Source of the DNA: Bilabrum cf. latius
Taxonomy: Eukaryota
DNA: 64,000 nucleotides
Assembly (NCBI GenBank): GCA_965178125.1
Contig: OZ237759.1
Location: forward strand, 372,001 to 436,000
Direction of reading: 5' to 3'
Each line of letters opens with the position of its first letter. Position 1 is the first letter of the stretch. The position numbers and the translations under genes were made by a program. Positions 62,378 through 64,000 of the stretch are shown here, piece after piece. The notes below the pieces were generated by a model that saw only the letters and a list, made by a program, of their open reading frames with translations, had not been told where the DNA came from and ran no database searches.

Positions 62378-64000
62378 TCACCCTACAACCAACCGCGACT
62401 TGGCCCGGTTTTCGGGTGAAAATCTGTCCATGCTCTGCATGTGCTTCAGCGCACTTGCCTGGGCCATCCTCTCCGCGTGTCTCTGGGTCGACTGCCGCCG
62501 AAGACCGCTCACTTTCTGGGCCTGCCCCGCCATGTGGCCATGGATCCCAGCGGCGGTCCCACTCCCAGGCGACCCCTCAGGCTGCGACTGGCCCGCACCT
62601 GCACCCGCACCCTCGCCGCTGCTGCTGCCGCTACTACCTCCGATTCCGATTCCGAGTTGTCTCCCCGCCTCCGCCTGCCTGGCTCGCTCCGCCTCCAGCT
62701 GTGCCCTCAGCTCAACGTACTAGGCCCGGAGCGCTGCCGTAGACGCGTCCCCCGCAGCCTCGGGGGACTGGTGCTGCGGAACATCCTAATGCGCGGCGGC
62801 GTTCCGGGTCCCGCCGTGCGGAGGATGATACTGCTGCTGGCCTGCCAGATAGCCTGCCGGTGCGTGCGGAACATGCTGGTGCGCGGCGCCGGCCCCCGGT
62901 GCAAAGCTCTCCGGTGCCCTTGGTGAGAACACGTAGGTTGCAACCGGTTCGGCCTGCGGCTGGGGCGCGCCCCTAGGCTCTAGTGGGGGCTGGGGTTGGG
63001 GGTGGGGGTGAGATGCATGGAGCAAGTGCTCGTGCTCGCTCTGCTGAGAATGCTCGCCCTACCGTGCCGGGTATTCCGCTGGCGCAGCATGACCCATCCC
63101 TTCGTTGTCTCCTCCCCGGGTCCCTGCACCTCCATGCACTCCCGCCTTGGCACCAGCTCCTCGTCCTTGCCCCTGCTCCTGCCCCTGTCCCTGCCCCTGT
63201 CCCTGCCTGTGTTCATGCTCGTGATCGTGCCGGCCACCCGAGCTCGCTGTCCCCCGGATCTCTGCGGCGGCCGCTCCGGACCGTCTGCGGGAGGCCTCCG
63301 TGCTGGCCAAGTAGGATCCGGAGCCGGAAAACTTGCCCTGGCTCTTGGATCCGGCGCCAGAAGCCAAAGAGCCGGCGGAGGCGCCTTTTGGCACGAGTTC
63401 CGCGCTGGGCGCCTGCAGCAGAGAAGCGAGGTCTGGCGAGGCAGAGCGGCCGGTGTTGGCACTCGTCACACCGTTTCCACTATTCATCCTGCTTACCATG
63501 GGCCCCCCGACGGCGGCATCGACCTGGCTCCTGAGCGCGCCCACCATGCCGAGCAGGTCCGCTGTGCTGTCAGGGGCCGGCGCGCCTGTGGAACGTCCAA
63601 GCTCGCCATCCCCCTGCTCCATCTCCTCCTGCTCCTGCTCGTCCATCTCGTCGTCGGACAGCGTCCTCTCCCCCCCCTGCCGCAGCAGCCCGCTCACCTC
63701 CGCGCTGTACATGGACCAGGCCGTGCCCACCAGGACCTTGCTGTCCCTCCCCGCGTGGCTGTACTGGTGGTGGGCGGAGGACGACGCCGGTTTGGACACC
63801 CCGGCTGCGTGCCTTTGGCCAGGGGTCATGTCGCCTGCGCGCATGGCTGCCGTGGACTGCTTGGGATGATGATGATGATGCGTTGCGAAACCGGTCGGTG
63901 CGCGGCGCCCCGGAACAGCCCTCCCAGCACCGTTGAGAAACTCCACCGACGGAACCAGCCCGCCGGAGCTATTGCGCGGCGCCCCTCCGGAACCGTCCAG
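62378..64000 (-). CDS. Hypothetical low-complexity protein, 5'-truncated by the window edge
   Basis: Single frame through TAGs at 63059, 62786 and 62720 to TGA at 62378. Confidence 0.6.

Noticed and set aside
1408-63061. Mass pseudogenisation as the cause of internal stops
   Set aside because: The interruptions are exclusively TAG, with no frameshifts or internal TGA/TAA, and essential-gene motifs are intact.

Overview
This is a gene-dense, GC-rich eukaryotic nuclear window from a flagellated protist: it has GT-AG introns (many ending in CGCAG) and a TMEM231 transition-zone gene. The lineage cannot be determined from the window. I build about 27 protein-coding gene models. The main result is a non-standard nuclear genetic code. 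About 70 in-frame TAG codons (manual count) interrupt otherwise intact conserved genes. Three of them align with CAG (Gln) in a paralog inside the window, and others fall at Gln positions of known families. 25 gene models end in TGA, I saw no in-frame TAA, and one orphan ORF ends in TAA. This points to UAG=Gln, decoupled from UAA. The supplied ORF track therefore fragments most genes. Other observations: a strongly over-represented 10-bp palindrome (GGTTGCAACC); an inverted paralog pair with conversion-like tracts; unusual architectures (PB1 plus FAD oxidoreductase, hyaluronidase plus granulin, a WSC domain inside a beta-helix protein, a ~660-aa insert in a Ca2+-binding mitochondrial carrier); and a ~3.8-kb block with nested tandem arrays between two palindrome-rich segments. 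No rRNA, tRNA, CRISPR array or transposase was seen. Gene models, exon borders and family calls come from manual reading and remembered motifs, not from database searches.
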